64,000 nt of DNA from Auanema rhodensis (GCA_964057225.1 OZ059894.1:1860001-1924000); one strand, 5' to 3'; shown: positions 25,301-41,066, counted from the first letter of the stretch. Program-made: numbers and translations. The notes: a model not told the origin generated them from the letters alone.

Positions 25301-28300
25301 TAAGGCAAAGACGATGGACAATGTTATTCAACAAAAAATTAATTCTTCAGGGTGAAAATCGAGGATATAAGTGTGAACTTATATCAGTTGATATCTCGGT
25401 GCATTTTTAAGCTAGCGCAAATCTGATAACACAGATCGACGCAGCTTGAAAATCCGCATCGAATGCACTATACTACATTGAGGAACGCTTAATACAAAAA
25501 TTAGTTATGATCGTTTGAAAAATGATGCATTAGTGTATGTTGAGTTTCCATGTACACTCAACATAGCTTCCAAAAACATTTTGACAAAATTTTTTTCGAA
25601 AAATTTCAAAATAATTTAGCAGAAAGTAGATGTTTTTAGATTCCTTTTTTTAAGGCAAAGACGACAGACAATGTTATTCAACGAAAAAATTAATTCTTCA
25701 GGGTGAAAATCGAGGATATAAGTGTGAACTTATATCAGTTGATATCTCGGTGCATTTTTAAGCTAGCGCAAATCTGATAACACAGATCGACGCAGCTTGA
25801 AAATCCGCATCGAATGCACTATACTACATTGAGGAACGCTTAATACAAAAATTAGTTATGATCGTTTGAAAAATGATGCATTAGTGTATGTTGAGTTTCC
25901 ATGTACACTCAACATAGCTTCCAAAAACATTTTGACAAAAATTTTTTCGAAAAATTTCAAAATAATTTAGCAGAAAGTAGATGTTTTTAGATTCCTTTTT
26001 TTAAGGCAAAGACGATGGACAATGTTATTCAACGAAAAAATTAATTCTTCAGGGTGAAAATCGAGAATATAAGTGTGAACTTATATCAGTTGATATCTCG
26101 GTGCATTTTTAAGCTAGCGCAAATCTGATAACACAGATCGACGCAGCTTGAAAATCCGCATCGAATGCACTATACTACATTGAGGAACGCTTAATACAAA
26201 AATTAGTTATGATCGTTTGAAAAATGATGCATTAGTGTATGTTGAGTTTCCATGTACACTCAACATAGCTTCCAAAAACATTTTGACAAAAATTTTTTCG
26301 AAAAATTTCAAAATAATTTAGCAGAAAGTAGATGTTTTTAGATTCCTTTTTTTAAGGCAAAGACGATGGACAATGTTATTCAACGAAAAAATTAATTCTT
26401 CAGGGTGAAAATCGAGGATATAAGTGTGAACTTATATCAGTTGATATCTCGGTGCATTTTTAAGCTAGCGCAAATCTGATAACACAGATCGACGCAGCTT
26501 GAAAATCCGCATCGAATGCACTATACTACATTGAGGAACGCTTAATACAAAAATTAGTTATGATCGTTTGAAAAATGATGCATTAGTGTATGTTGAGTTT
26601 CCATGTACACTCAACATAGCTTCCAAAAACATTTTGACAAAAATTTTTTCGAAAAATTTCAAAATAATTTAGCAGAAAGTAGATGTTTTTAGATTCCTTT
26701 TTTTAAGGCAAAGACGATGGACAATGTTATTCAACGAAAAAATTAATTCTTCAGGGTGAAAATCGAGGATATAAGTGTGAACTTATATCAGTTGATATCT
26801 CGGTGCATTTTTAAGCTAGCGCAAATCTGATAACACAGATCGACGCAGCTTGAAAATCCGCATCGAATGCACTATACTACTTTGAGAAACGCTTAATACA
26901 AAAATTAGTTATGATCGTTTGAAAAATGATGCATTAGTGTATGTTGAGTTTCCATGTACACTCAACATAGCTTCCAAAAACATTTTGACAAAATTTTTTT
27001 CGAAAAATTTCAAAATAATTTAGCAGAAAGTAGATGTTTTTAGATTCCTTTTTTTAAGGCAAAGACGACAGACAATGTTATTCAACGAAAAAATTAATTC
27101 TTCAGGGTGAAAATCGAGGATATAAGTGTGAACTTATATCAGTTGATATCTCGGTGCATTTTTAAGCTAGCGCAAATCTGATAACACAGATCGACGCAGC
27201 TTGAAAATCCGCATCGAATGCACTATACTACATTGAGGAACGCTTAATACAAAAATTAGTTATGATCGTTTGAAAAATGATGCATTAGTGTATGTTGAGT
27301 TTCCATGTACACTCAACATAGCTTCCAAAAACATTTTGACAAAAATTTTTTCGAAAAATTTCAAAATAATTTAGCAGAAAGTAGATGTTTTTAGATTCCT
27401 TTTTTTAAGGCAAAGACGATGGACAATGTTATTCAACGAAAAAATTAATTCTTCAGGGTGAAAATCGAGGATATAAGTGTGAACTTATATCAGTTGATAT
27501 CTCGGTGCATTTTTAAGCTAGCGCAAATCTGATAACACAGATCGACGCAGCTTGAAAATCCGCATCGAATGCACTATACTACATTGAGGAACGCTTAATA
27601 CAAAAATTAGTTATGATCGTTTGAAAAATGATGCATTAGTGTATGTTGAGTTTCCATGTACACTCAACATAGCTTCCAAAAACATTTTGACAAAAATTTT
27701 TTCGAAAAATTTCAAAATAATTTAGCAGAAAGTAGATGTTTTTAGATTCCTTTTTTTAAGGCAAAGACGATGGACAATGTTATTCAACGAAAAAATTAAT
27801 TCTTCAGGGTGAAAATCGAGGATATAAGTGTGAACTTATATCAGTTGATATCTCGGTGCATTTTTAAGCTAGCGCAAATCTGATAACACAGATCGACGCA
27901 GCTTGAAAATCCGCATCGAATGCACTATACTACATTGAGGAACGCTTAATACAAAAATTAGTTATGATCGTTTGAAAAATGATGCATTAGTGTATGTTGA
28001 GTTTCCATGTACACTCAACATAGCTTCCAAAAACATTTTGACAAAATTTTTTTCGAAAAATTTCAAAATAATTTAGCAGAAAGTAGATGTTTTTAGATTC
28101 CTTTTTTTAAGGCAAAGACGACAGACAATGTTATTCAACGAAAAAATTAATTCTTCAGGGTGAAAATCGAGGATATAAGTGTGAACTTATATCAGTTGAT
28201 ATCTCGGTGCATTTTTAAGCTAGCGCAAATCTGATAACACAGATCGACGCAGCTTGAAAATCCGCATCGAATGCACTATACTACATTGAGGAACGCTTAA

Positions 28301-28430
28301 TACAAAAATTAGTTATGATCGTTTGAAAAATGATGCATTAGTGTATGTTGAGTTTCCATGTACACTCAACATAGCTTCCAAAAACATTTTGACAAAATTT
28401 TTTTCGAAAAATTTCAAAATAATTTAGCAG

Positions 28431-31400
28431 AAAGTAGATGTTTTTAGATTCCTTTTTTTAAGGCAAAGACGACAGACAATGTTATTCAACGAAAAAATTA
28501 ATTCTTCAGGGTGAAAATCGAGGATATAAGTGTGAACTTATATCAGTTGATATCTCGGTGCATTTTTAAGCTAGCGCAAATCTGATAACACAGATCGACG
28601 CAGCTTGAAAATCCGCATCGAATGCACTATACTACATTGAGGAACGCTTAATACAAAAATTAGTTATGATCGTTTGAAAAATGATGCATTAGTGTATGTT
28701 GAGTTTCCATGTACACTCAACATAGCTTCCAAAAACATTTTGACAAAAATTTTTTCGAAAAATTTCAAAATAATTTAGCAGAAAGTAGATGTTTTTGAAT
28801 TCCTTTTTTTAAGGCAAAGACGATGGACAATGTTATTCAACGAAAAAATTAATTCTTCAGGGTGAAAATCGAGGATATAAGTGTGAACTTATATCAGTTG
28901 ATATCTCGGTGCATTTTTAAGCTAGCGCAAATCTGATAACACAGATCGACGCAGCTTGAAAATCCGCATCGAATGCACTATACTACTTTGAGAAACGCTT
29001 AATACAAAAATTAGTTATGATCGTTTGAAAAATGATGCATTAGTGTATGTTGAGTTTCCATGTACACTCAACATAGCTTCCAAAAACATTTTGACAAAAT
29101 TTTTTTCGAAAAATTTCAAAATAATTTAGCAGAAAGTAGATGTTTTTAGATTCCTTTTTTTAAGGCAAAGACGACAGACAATGTTATTCAACGAAAAAAT
29201 TAATTCTTCAGGGTGAAAATCGAGGATATAAGTGTGAACTTATATCAGTTGATATCTCGGTGCATTTTTAAGCTAGCGCAAATCTGATAACACAGATCGA
29301 CGCAGCTTGAAAATCCGCATCGAATGCACTATACTACATTGAGGAACGCTTAATACAAAAATTAGTTATGATCGTTTGAAAAATGATGCATTAGTGTATG
29401 TTGAGTTTCCATGTACACTCAACATAGCTTCCAAAAACATTTTGACAAAAATTTTTTCGAAAAATTTCGAAATAATTTAGCAGAAAGTAGATGTTTTTAG
29501 ATTCCTTTTTTTAAGGCAAAGACGATGGACAATGTTATTCAACGAAAAAATTAATTCTTCAGGGTGAAAATCGAGGATATAAGTGTGAACTTATATCAGT
29601 TGATATCTCGGTGCATTTTTAAGCTAGCGCAAATCTGATAACACAGATCGACGCAGCTTGAAAATCCGCATCGAATGCACTATACTACATTGAGAAACGC
29701 TTAATACAAAAATTAGTTATGATCGTTTGAAAAATGATGCATTAGTTTATGTTGAGTTTCCATGTACACTCAACATTGCTTCCAAAAACATTTTGACAAA
29801 AATTTTTTCGAAAAATTTCAAAATAATTTAGCAAAAAGTAGATGTTTTTAGATTCCTTTTTTCAAGGCGAAGACGATGGACATTGTTATTCAACGAAAAA
29901 ATTAATTCTTCAGGGTGAAAATCGAGGATATAAGTGTGAACTTATATCAGTTGATATCTCGGTGCATTTTTAAGCTAGCGCAAATCTGATAACACAGATC
30001 GACGCAGCTTGAAAATCCGCATCGAATGCACTATACTACATTGAGAAACGCTTAATACAAAAATTAGTTATGATCGTTTGAAAAATGATGCATTAGTGTA
30101 TGTTGAGTTTCCATGTACACTCAACATAGCTTCCAAAAACATTTTGACAAAAATTTTTTCGAAAAATTTCAAAATAATTTAGCAGAAAGTAGATGTTTTT
30201 AGATTCCTTTTTTTAAGGCAAAGACGATGGACAATGTTATTCAACGAAAAAATTAATTCTTCAGGGTGAAAATCGAGGATATAAGTGTGAACTTATATCA
30301 GTTGATATCTCGGTGCATTTTTAAGCTAGCGCAAATCTGATAACACAGATCGACGCAGCTTGAAAATCCGCATCGAATGCACTATACTACATTGAGGAAC
30401 GCTTAATACAAAAATTAGTTATGATCGTTTGAAAAATGATGCATTAGTGTATGTTGAGTTTCCATGTACACTCAACATAGCTTCCAAAAACATTTTGACA
30501 AAAATTTTTTCGAAAAATTTCAAAATAATTTAGCAGAAAGTAGATGTTTTTAGATTCCTTTTTTTAAGGCAAAGACGATGGACAATGTTATTCAACGAAA
30601 AAATTAATTCTTCAGGGTGAAAATCGAGGATATAAGTGTGAACTTATATCAGTTGATATCTCGGTGCATTTTTAAGCTAGCGCAAATCTGATAACACAGA
30701 TCGACGCAGCTTGAAAATACGCATCGAATGCCTTATACTACTTTGAGAAACGCTTAATACAAAAATTAGTTATGATCGTTTGAAAAATGATGCATTAGTG
30801 TATGTTGAGTTTCCATGTACACTCAACATAGCTTCCAAAAACATTTTGACAAAAATTTTTTCGAAAAATTTCAAAATAATTTAGCAAAAAGTAGATGTTT
30901 TTAGATTCCTTTTTTCAAGGCAAAGACGATGGACAATGTTATTCAACAAAAAAATTAATTCTTCAGGGTGAAAATCGAGGATATAAGTGTGAACTTATCT
31001 CAGTTGATATCTCGGTGCATTTTTAAGCTAGCGCAAATCTGATAACACAGATCGACGCAGCTTGAAAATCCGCATCGAATGCACTATACTACATTGAGGA
31101 ACGCTTAATACAAAAATTAGTTATGATCGTTTGAAAAATGATGCATTAGTGTATGTTGAGTTTCCATGTACACTCAACATAGCTTCCAAAAACATTTTGA
31201 CAAAAATTTTTTCGAAAAATTTCAAAATAATTTAGCAAAAAGTAGATGTTTTTAGATTCCTTTTTTCAAGGCAAAGACGATGGACAATGTTATTCAACAA
31301 AAAAATTAATTCTTCAGGGTGAAAATCGAGGATATAAGTGTGAACTTATCTCAGTTGATATCTCGGTGCATTTTTAAGCTAGCGCAAATCTGATAACACA

Positions 31401-32291
31401 GATCGACGCAGCTTGAAAATCCGCATCGAATGCACTATACTACTTTGAGAAACGCTTAATACAAAAATTAGTTATGATCGTTTGAAAAATGATGCATTAG
31501 TGTATGTTGAGTTTCCATGTACACTCAACATTGCTTCCAAAAACATTTTGACAAAAATTTTTTCGAAAAATTTCAAATTAATTTAGCAGAAAGTATATGT
31601 TTTTAGATTCCTTTTTTCAAGGCAAAGACGATGGACAATGTTATTCAACGAAAAAATTAATTCTTCAGGGTGAAAATCGAGGATATAAGTGTGAATTTAT
31701 ATCAGTTGATATCTCGGTGCATTTTTAAGCTAGCGCAAATCTGATAACACAGATCGACGCAGCTTAAAAATCCGCATCGAATGCACTATACTACATTGAG
31801 GAACGCTTAATACAAAAATTAGTTATGATCGTTTGAAAAATGATGCATTAGTGTATGTTGAGTTTCCATGTACACTCAACATAGCTTCCAAAAACATTTT
31901 GACAAAAATTTTTTCGAAAAATTTCAGAATAATTTAGCAAAAAGTAGATGTTTTTAGATTTCTTTTCTCAAGGCAAAGACGATGGACAATGTTATTCAAC
32001 GAAAAAATTAATTCTTCAGGGTGAAAATCGAGGATATAAGTGTGAACTTATATCAGTTGATATCTCGGTGCATTTTTAAGCTAGCGCAAATCTGATAACA
32101 CAGATCGACGCAGCTTGAAAATCCGCATCGAATGCACTATACTACTTTGAGAAACGCTTAATACAAAAATCAGTTATGATCGTTTGAAAAATGATGCATT
32201 AGTGTATGTTGAGTTTCCATGTACACTCAACATTGCTTCCAAAAACATTTTGACAAAAATTTTTTCGAAAAATTTCAAAATAATTTAGCAA
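28431..32291 (+). repeat. 11-monomer block A, copy 1 (M82-M92)
   Basis: Rare markers in order: AG>GA at 28797, A337G, G264T, A196C, G61A+A112C twice, G177A, T231C. Confidence 0.88.
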
Positions 32292-34046
32292 AAAGTAGAT
32301 GTTTTTAGATTCCTTTTTTCAAGGCGAAGACGATGGACATTGTTATTCAACGAAAAAATTAATTCTTCAGGGTGAAAATCGAGGATATAAGTGTGAACTT
32401 ATCTCAGTTGATATCTCGGTGCATTTTTAAGCTAGCGCAAATCTGATAACACAGATCGACGCAGCTTGAAAATCCGCATCGAATGCACTATACTACTTTG
32501 AGAAACGCTTAATACAAAAATTAGTTATGATCGTTTGAAAAATGATGCATTAGTGTATGTTGAGTTTCCATGTACACTCAACATTGCTTCCAAAAACATT
32601 TTGACAAAAATTTTTTCGAAAAATTTCAAATTAATTTAGCAGAAAGTATATGTTTTTAGATTCCTTTTTTCAAGGCAAAGACGATGGACAATGTTATTCA
32701 ACGAAAAAATTAATTCTTCAGGGTGAAAATCGAGGATATAAGTGTGAATTTATATCAGTTGATATCTCGGTGCATTTTTAAGCTAGCGCAAATCTGATAA
32801 CACAGATCGACGCAGCTTAAAAATCCGCATCGAATGCACTATACTACATTGAGGAACGCTTAATACAAAAATTAGTTATGATCGTTTGAAAAATGATGCA
32901 TTAGTGTATGTTGAGTTTCCATGTACACTCAACATAGCTTCCAAAAACATTTTGACAAAAATTTTTTCGAAAAATTTCAGAATAATTTAGCAAAAAGTAG
33001 ATGTTTTTAGATTTCTTTTCTCAAGGCAAAGACGATGGACAATGTTATTCAACGAAAAAATTAATTCTTCAGGGTGAAAATCGAGGATATAAGTGTGAAC
33101 TTATATCAGTTGATATCTCGGTGCATTTTTAAGCTAGCGCAAATCTGATAACACAGATCGACGCAGCTTGAAAATCCGCATCGAATGCACTATACTACTT
33201 TGAGAAACGCTTAATACAAAAATCAGTTATGATCGTTTGAAAAATGATGCATTAGTGTATGTTGAGTTTCCATGTACACTCAACATTGCTTCCAAAAACA
33301 TTTTGACAAAAATTTTTTCGAAAAATTTCAAAATAATTTAGCAAAAAGTAGATGTTTTTAGATTCCTTTTTTCAAGGCGAAGACGATGGACATTGTTATT
33401 CAACGAAAAAATTAATTCTTCAGGGTGAAAATCGAGGATATAAGTGTGAACTTATATCAGTTGATATCTCGGTGCATTTTTAAGCTAGCGCAAATCTGAT
33501 AACACAGATCGACGCAGCTTGAAAATCCGCATCGAATGCACTATACTACATTGAGAAACGCTTAATACAAAAATTAGTTATGATCGTTTGAAAAATGATG
33601 CATTAGTGTATGTTGAGTTTCCATGTACACTCAACATAGCTTCCAAAAACATTTTGACAAAAATTTTTTCGAAAAATTTCAAAATAATTTAGCAGAAAGT
33701 AGATGTTTTTAGATTCCTTTTTTTAAGGCAAAGACGATGGACAATGTTATTCAACGAAAAAATTAATTCTTCAGGGTGAAAATCGAGGATATAAGTGTGA
33801 ACTTATATCAGTTGATATCTCGGTGCATTTTTAAGCTAGCGCAAATCTGATAACACAGATCGACGCAGCTTGAAAATCCGCATCGAATGCACTATACTAC
33901 TTTGAGAAACGCTTAATACAAAAATTAGTTATGATCGTTTGAAAAATGATGCATTAGTGTATGTTGAGTTTCCATGTACACTCAACATAGCTTCCAAAAA
34001 CATTTTGACAAAATTTTTTTCAAAAAATTTCAAAATAATTTAGCAG

Positions 34047-37000
34047 AAAGTAGATGTTTTTAGATTCCTTTTTTTAAGGCAAAGACGATGGACAATGTTA
34101 TTCAACGAAAAAATTAATTCTTCAGGGTGAAAATCGAGGATATAAGTGTGAACTTATATCAGTTGATATCTCGTTGCATTTTTAAGCTAGCGCAAATCTG
34201 ATAACACAGATCGACGCAGCTTGAAAATACGCATCGAATGCACTATACTACTTTGAGAAACGCTTAATACAAAAATTAGTTATGATCGTTTGAAAAATGA
34301 TGCATTAGTGTATGTTGAGTTTCCATGTACACTCAACATAGCTTCCAAAAACATTTTGACAAAAATTTTTTCGAAAAATTTCAGAATAATTTAGCAAAAA
34401 GTAGATGTTTTTAGATTTCTTTTCTCAAGGCAAAGACGATGGACAATGTTATTCAACGAAAAAATTAATTCTTCAGGGTGAAAATCGAGGATATAAGTGT
34501 GAACTTATATCAGTTGATATCTCGGTGCATTTTTAAGCTAGCGCAAATCTGATAACACAGATCGACGCAGCTTGAAAATCCGCATCGAATGCACTATACT
34601 ACTTTGAGAAACGCTTAATACAAAAATTAGTTATGATCGTTTGAAAAATGATGCATTAGTGTATGTTGAGTTTCCATGTACACTCAACATTGCTTCCAAA
34701 AAAATTTTGACAAAAATTTTTTCGAAAAATTTCAAATTAATTTAGCAGAAAGTATATGTTTTTAGATTTCTTTTTTCAAGGCAAAGACGATGGACAATGT
34801 TATTCAACGAAAAAATTAATTCTTCAGGGTGAAAATCGAGGATATAAGTGTGAATTTATATCAGTTGATATCTCGGTGCATTTTTAAGCTAGCGCAAATC
34901 TGATAACACAGATCGACGCAGCTTGAAAATCCGCATTGAATGCACTATACTACATTGAGGAACGCTTAATACAAAAATTAGTTATGATCGTTTGAAAAAT
35001 GATGCATTAGTGTATGTTGAGTTTCCATGTACACTCAACATTGCTTCCAAAAACATTTTGACAAAAATTTTTTCGAAAAATTTCAAATTAATTTAGCAGA
35101 AAGTATATGTTTTTAGATTCCTTTTTTCAAGGCAAAGACGATGGACAATGTTATTCAACGAAAAAATTAATTCTTCAGGGTGAAAATCGAGGATATAAGT
35201 GTGAATTTATATCAGTTGATATCTCGGTGCATTTTTAAGCTAGCGCAAATCTGATAACACAGATCGACGCAGCTTAAAAATCCGCATCGAATGCACTATA
35301 CTACATTGAGGAACGCTTAATACAAAAATTAGTTATGATCGTTTGAAAAATGATGCATTAGTGTATGTTGAGTTTCCATGTACACTCAACATAGCTTCCA
35401 AAAACATTTTGACAAAAATTTTTTCGAAAAATTTCAGAATAATTTAGCAAAAAGTAGATGTTTTTAGATTTCTTTTCTCAAGGCAAAGACGATGGACAAT
35501 GTTATTCAACGAAAAAATTAATTCTTCAGGGTGAAAATCGAGGATATAAGTGTGAACTTATATCAGTTGATATCTCGGTGCATTTTTAAGCTAGCGCAAA
35601 TCTGATAACACAGATCGACGCAGCTTGAAAATCCGCATCGAATGCACTATACTACTTTGAGAAACGCTTAATACAAAAATCAGTTATGATCGTTTGAAAA
35701 ATGATGCATTAGTGTATGTTGAGTTTCCATGTACACTCAACATTGCTTCCAAAAACATTTTGACAAAAATTTTTTCGAAAAATTTCAAAATAATTTAGCA
35801 AAAAGTAGATGTTTTTAGATTCCTTTTTTCAAGGCGAAGACGATGGACATTGTTATTCAACGAAAAAATTAATTCTTCAGGGTGAAAATCGAGGATATAA
35901 GTGTGAACTTATATCAGTTGATATCTCGGTGCATTTTTAAGCTAGCGCAAATCTGATAACACAGATCGACGCAGCTTGAAAATCCGCATCGAATGCACTA
36001 TACTACATTGAGAAACGCTTAATACAAAAATTAGTTATGATCGTTTGAAAAATGATGCATTAGTGTATGTTGAGTTTCCATGTACACTCAACATAGCTTC
36101 CAAAAACATTTTGACAAAAATTTTTTCGAAAAATTTCAAAATAATTTAGCAGAAAGTAGATGTTTTTAGATTCCTTTTTTTAAGGCAAAGACGATGGACA
36201 ATGTTATTCAACGAAAAAATTAATTCTTCAGGGTGAAAATCGAGGATATAAGTGTGAACTTATATCAGTTGATATCTCGTTGCATTTTTAAGCTAGCGCA
36301 AATCTGATAACACAGATCGACGCAGCTTGAAAATACGCATCGAATGCACTATACTACTTTGAGAAACGCTTAATACAAAAATTAGTTATGATCGTTTGAA
36401 AAATGATGCATTAGTGTATGTTGAGTTTCCATGTACACTCAACATAGCTTCCAAAAACATTTTGACAAAAATTTTTTCGAAAAATTTCAGAATAATTTAG
36501 CAAAAAGTAGATGTTTTTAGATTTCTTTTCTCAAGGCAAAGACGATGGACAATGTTATTCAACGAAAAAATTAATTCTTCAGGGTGAAAATCGAGGATAT
36601 AAGTGTGAACTTATATCAGTTGATATCTCGGTGCATTTTTAAGCTAGCGCAAATCTGATAACACAGATCGACGCAGCTTGAAAATCCGCATCGAATGCAC
36701 TATACTACTTTGAGAAACGCTTAATACAAAAATTAGTTATGATCGTTTGAAAAATGATGCATTAGTGTATGTTGAGTTTCCATGTACACTCAACATTGCT
36801 TCCAAAAAAATTTTGACAAAAATTTTTTCGAAAAATTTCAAATTAATTTAGCAGAAAGTATATGTTTTTAGATTTCTTTTTTCAAGGCAAAGACGATGGA
36901 CAATGTTATTCAACGAAAAAATTAATTCTTCAGGGTGAAAATCGAGGATATAAGTGTGAATTTATATCAGTTGATATCTCGGTGCATTTTTAAGCTAGCG

Positions 37001-38258
37001 CAAATCTGATAACACAGATCGACGCAGCTTGAAAATCCGCATTGAATGCACTATACTACATTGAGGAACGCTTAATACAAAAATTAGTTATGATCGTTTG
37101 AAAAATGATGCATTAGTGTATGTTGAGTTTCCATGTACACTCAACATAGCTTCCAAAAACATTTTGACAAAAATTTTTTCGAAAAATTTCAAAATAATTT
37201 AGCAGAAAGTAGATGTTTTTAGATTCCTTTTTTTAAGGCAAAGACGATGGACAATGTTATTCAACGAAAAAATTAATTCTTCAGGGTGAAAATCGAGAAT
37301 ATAAGTGTGAACTTATATCAGTTGATATCTCGGTGCATTTTTAAGCTAGCGCAAATCTGATAACACAGATCGACGCAGCTTGAAAATCCGCATCGAATGC
37401 ACTATACTACATTGAGGAACGCTTGATACAAAAATTAGTTATGATCGTTTGAAAAATGATGCATTAGTGTATGTTGAGTTTCCATGTACACTCAACATAG
37501 CTTCCAAAAACATTTTGACAAAAATTTTTTCGAAAAATTTCAAAATAATTTAGCAGAAAGTAGATGTTTTTAGATTCCTTTTTTTAAGGCAAAGACGATG
37601 GACAATGTTATTCAACGAAAAAATTAATTCTTCAGGGTGAAAATCGAGGATATAAGTGTGAACTTATATCAGTTGATATCTCGGTGCATTTTTAAGCTAG
37701 CGCAAATCTGATAACACAGATCGACGCAGCTTGAAAATCCGCATCGAATGCACTATACTACTTTGAGAAACGCTTAATACAAAAATTAGTTATGATCGTT
37801 TGAAAAATGATGCATTAGTGTATGTTGAGTTTCCATGTACACTCAACATAGCTTCCAAAAACATTTTGACAAAATTTTTTTCGAAAAATTTCAAAATAAT
37901 TTAGCAGAAAGTAGATGTTTTTAGATTCCTTTTTTTAAGGCAAAGACGACAGACAATGTTATTCAACGAAAAAATTAATTCTTCAGGGTGAAAATCGAGG
38001 ATATAAGTGTGAACTTATATCAGTTGATATCTCGGTGCATTTTTAAGCTAGCGCAAATCTGATAACACAGATCGACGCAGCTTGAAAATCCGCATCGAAT
38101 GCACTATACTACATTGAGGAACGCTTAATACAAAAATTAGTTATGATCGTTTGAAAAATGATGCATTAGTGTATGTTGAGTTTCCATGTACACTCAACAT
38201 AGCTTCCAAAAACATTTTGACAAAAATTTTTTCGAAAAATTTCAAAATAATTTAGCAG
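34047..38258 (+). repeat. 12-monomer block B, copy 1 (M98-M109)
   Basis: Order: G128T+C183A | C306A | C189T | G177A | T231C | A35G+A49T | G128T+C183A | C306A | C189T | G93A | A319T | T43C+G44A. Confidence 0.86.
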
Positions 38259-41066
38259 AAAGTAGATGTTTTTAGATTCCTTTTTTTAAGGCAAAGACGA
38301 TGGACAATGTTATTCAACGAAAAAATTAATTCTTCAGGGTGAAAATCGAGAATATAAGTGTGAACTTATATCAGTTGATATCTCGGTGCATTTTTAAGCT
38401 AGCGCAAATCTGATAACACAGATCGACGCAGCTTGAAAATCCGCATCGAATGCACTATACTACATTGAGGAACGCTTAATACAAAAATTAGTTATGATCG
38501 TTTGAAAAATGATGCATTAGTGTATGTTGAGTTTCCATGTACACTCAACATAGCTTCCAAAAACATTTTGACAAAAATTTTTTCGAAAAATTTCAAAATA
38601 ATTTAGCAGAAAGTAGATGTTTTTAGATTCCTTTTTTTAAGGCAAAGACGATGGACAATGTTATTCAACGAAAAAATTAATTCTTCAGGGTGAAAATCGA
38701 GGATATAAGTGTGTACTTATATCAGTTGATATCTCGGTGCATTTTTAAGCTAGCGCAAATCTGATAACACAGATCGACGCAGCTTGAAAATCCGCATCGA
38801 ATGCACTATACTACATTGAGGAACGCTTAATACAAAAATTAGTTATGATCGTTTGAAAAATGATGCATTAGTGTATGTTGAGTTTCCATGTACACTCAAC
38901 ATAGCTTCCAAAAACATTTTGACAAAAATTTTTTCGAAAAATTTCAAAATAATTTAGCAGAAAGTAGATGTTTTTAGATTCCTTTTTTTAAGGCAAAGAC
39001 GATGGACAATGTTATTCAACGAAAAAATTAATTCTTCAGGGTGAAAATCGAGGATATAAGTGTGAACTTATATCAGTTGATATCTCGGTGCATTTTTAAG
39101 CTAGCGCAAATCTGATAACACAGATCGACGCAGCTTGAAAATCCGCATCGAATGCACTATACTACTTTGAGAAACGCTTAATACAAAAATTAGTTATGAT
39201 CGTTTGAAAAATGATGCATTAGTGTATGTTGAGTTTCCATGTACACTCAACATAGCTTCCAAAAACATTTTGACAAAATTTTTTTCGAAAAATTTCAAAA
39301 TAATTTAGCAGAAAGTAGATGTTTTTAGATTCCTTTTTTTAAGGCAAAGACGACAGACAATGTTATTCAACGAAAAAATTAATTCTTCAGGGTGAAAATC
39401 GAGGATATAAGTGTGAACTTATATCAGTTGATATCTCGGTGCATTTTTAAGCTAGCGCAAATCTGATAACACAGATCGACGCAGCTTGAAAATCCGCATC
39501 GAATGCACTATACTACATTGAGGAACGCTTAATACAAAAATTAGTTATGATCGTTTGAAAAATGATGCATTAGTGTATGTTGAGTTTCCATGTACACTCA
39601 ACATAGCTTCCAAAAACATTTTGACAAAAATTTTTTCAAAAAATTTCAAAATAATTTAGCAGAAAGTAGATGTTTTTAGATTCCTTTTTTTAAGGCAAAG
39701 ACGATGGACAATGTTATTCAACGAAAAAATTAATTCTTCAGGGTGAAAATCGAGAATATAAGTGTGAACTTATATCAGTTGATATCTCGGTGCATTTTTA
39801 AGCTAGCGCAAATCTGATAACACAGATCGACGCAGCTTGAAAATCCGCATCGAATGCACTATACTACATTGAGGAACGCTTAATACAAAAATTAGTTATG
39901 ATCGTTTGAAAAATGATGCATTAGTGTATGTTGAGTTTCCATGTACACTCAACATAGCTTCCAAAAACATTTTGACAAAAATTTTTTCGAAAAATTTCAA
40001 AATAATTTAGCAGAAAGTAGATGTTTTTAGATTCCTTTTTTTAAGGCAAAGACGATGGACAATGTTATTCAACGAAAAAATTAATTCTTCAGGGTGAAAA
40101 TCGAGGATATAAGTGTGAACTTATATCAGTTGATATCTCGGTGCATTTTTAAGCTAGCGCAAATCTGATAACACAGATCGACGCAGCTTGAAAATCCGCA
40201 TCGAATGCACTATACTACATTGAGGAACGCTTAATACAAAAATTAGTTATGATCGTTTGAAAAATGATGCATTAGTGTATGTTGAGTTTCCATGTACACT
40301 CAACATAGCTTCCAAAAACATTTTGACAAAAATTTTTTCGAAAAATTTCAAAATAATTTAGCAGAAAGTAGATGTTTTTAGATTCCTTTTTTTAAGGCAA
40401 AGACGATGGACAATGTTATTCAACGAAAAAATTAATTCTTCAGGGTGAAAATCGAGGATATAAGTGTGAACTTATATCAGTTGATATCTCGGTGCATTTT
40501 TAAGCTAGCGCAAATCTGATAACACAGATCGACGCAGCTTGAAAATCCGCATCGAATGCACTATACTACTTTGAGAAACGCTTAATACAAAAATTAGTTA
40601 TGATCGTTTGAAAAATGATGCATTAGTGTATGTTGAGTTTCCATGTACACTCAACATAGCTTCCAAAAACATTTTGACAAAATTTTTTTCGAAAAATTTC
40701 AAAATAATTTAGCAGAAAGTAGATGTTTTTAGATTCCTTTTTTTAAGGCAAAGACGACAGACAATGTTATTCAACGAAAAAATTAATTCTTCAGGGTGAA
40801 AATCGAGGATATAAGTGTGAACTTATATCAGTTGATATCTCGGTGCATTTTTAAGCTAGCGCAAATCTGATAACACAGATCGACGCAGCTTGAAAATCCG
40901 CATCGAATGCACTATACTACATTGAGGAACGCTTAATACAAAAATTAGTTATGATCGTTTGAAAAATGATGCATTAGTGTATGTTGAGTTTCCATGTACA
41001 CTCAACATAGCTTCCAAAAACATTTTGACAAAAATTTTTTCGAAAAATTTCAAAATAATTTAGCAG
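38259..41066 (+). repeat. Local 4-monomer (1404-bp) higher-order repeat, two tandem units; further copies at 23518-24921 and 25974-27377
   Basis: Order: G93A | (near-)consensus | A206T+G212A+A319T | T43C+G44A. Confidence 0.8.
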
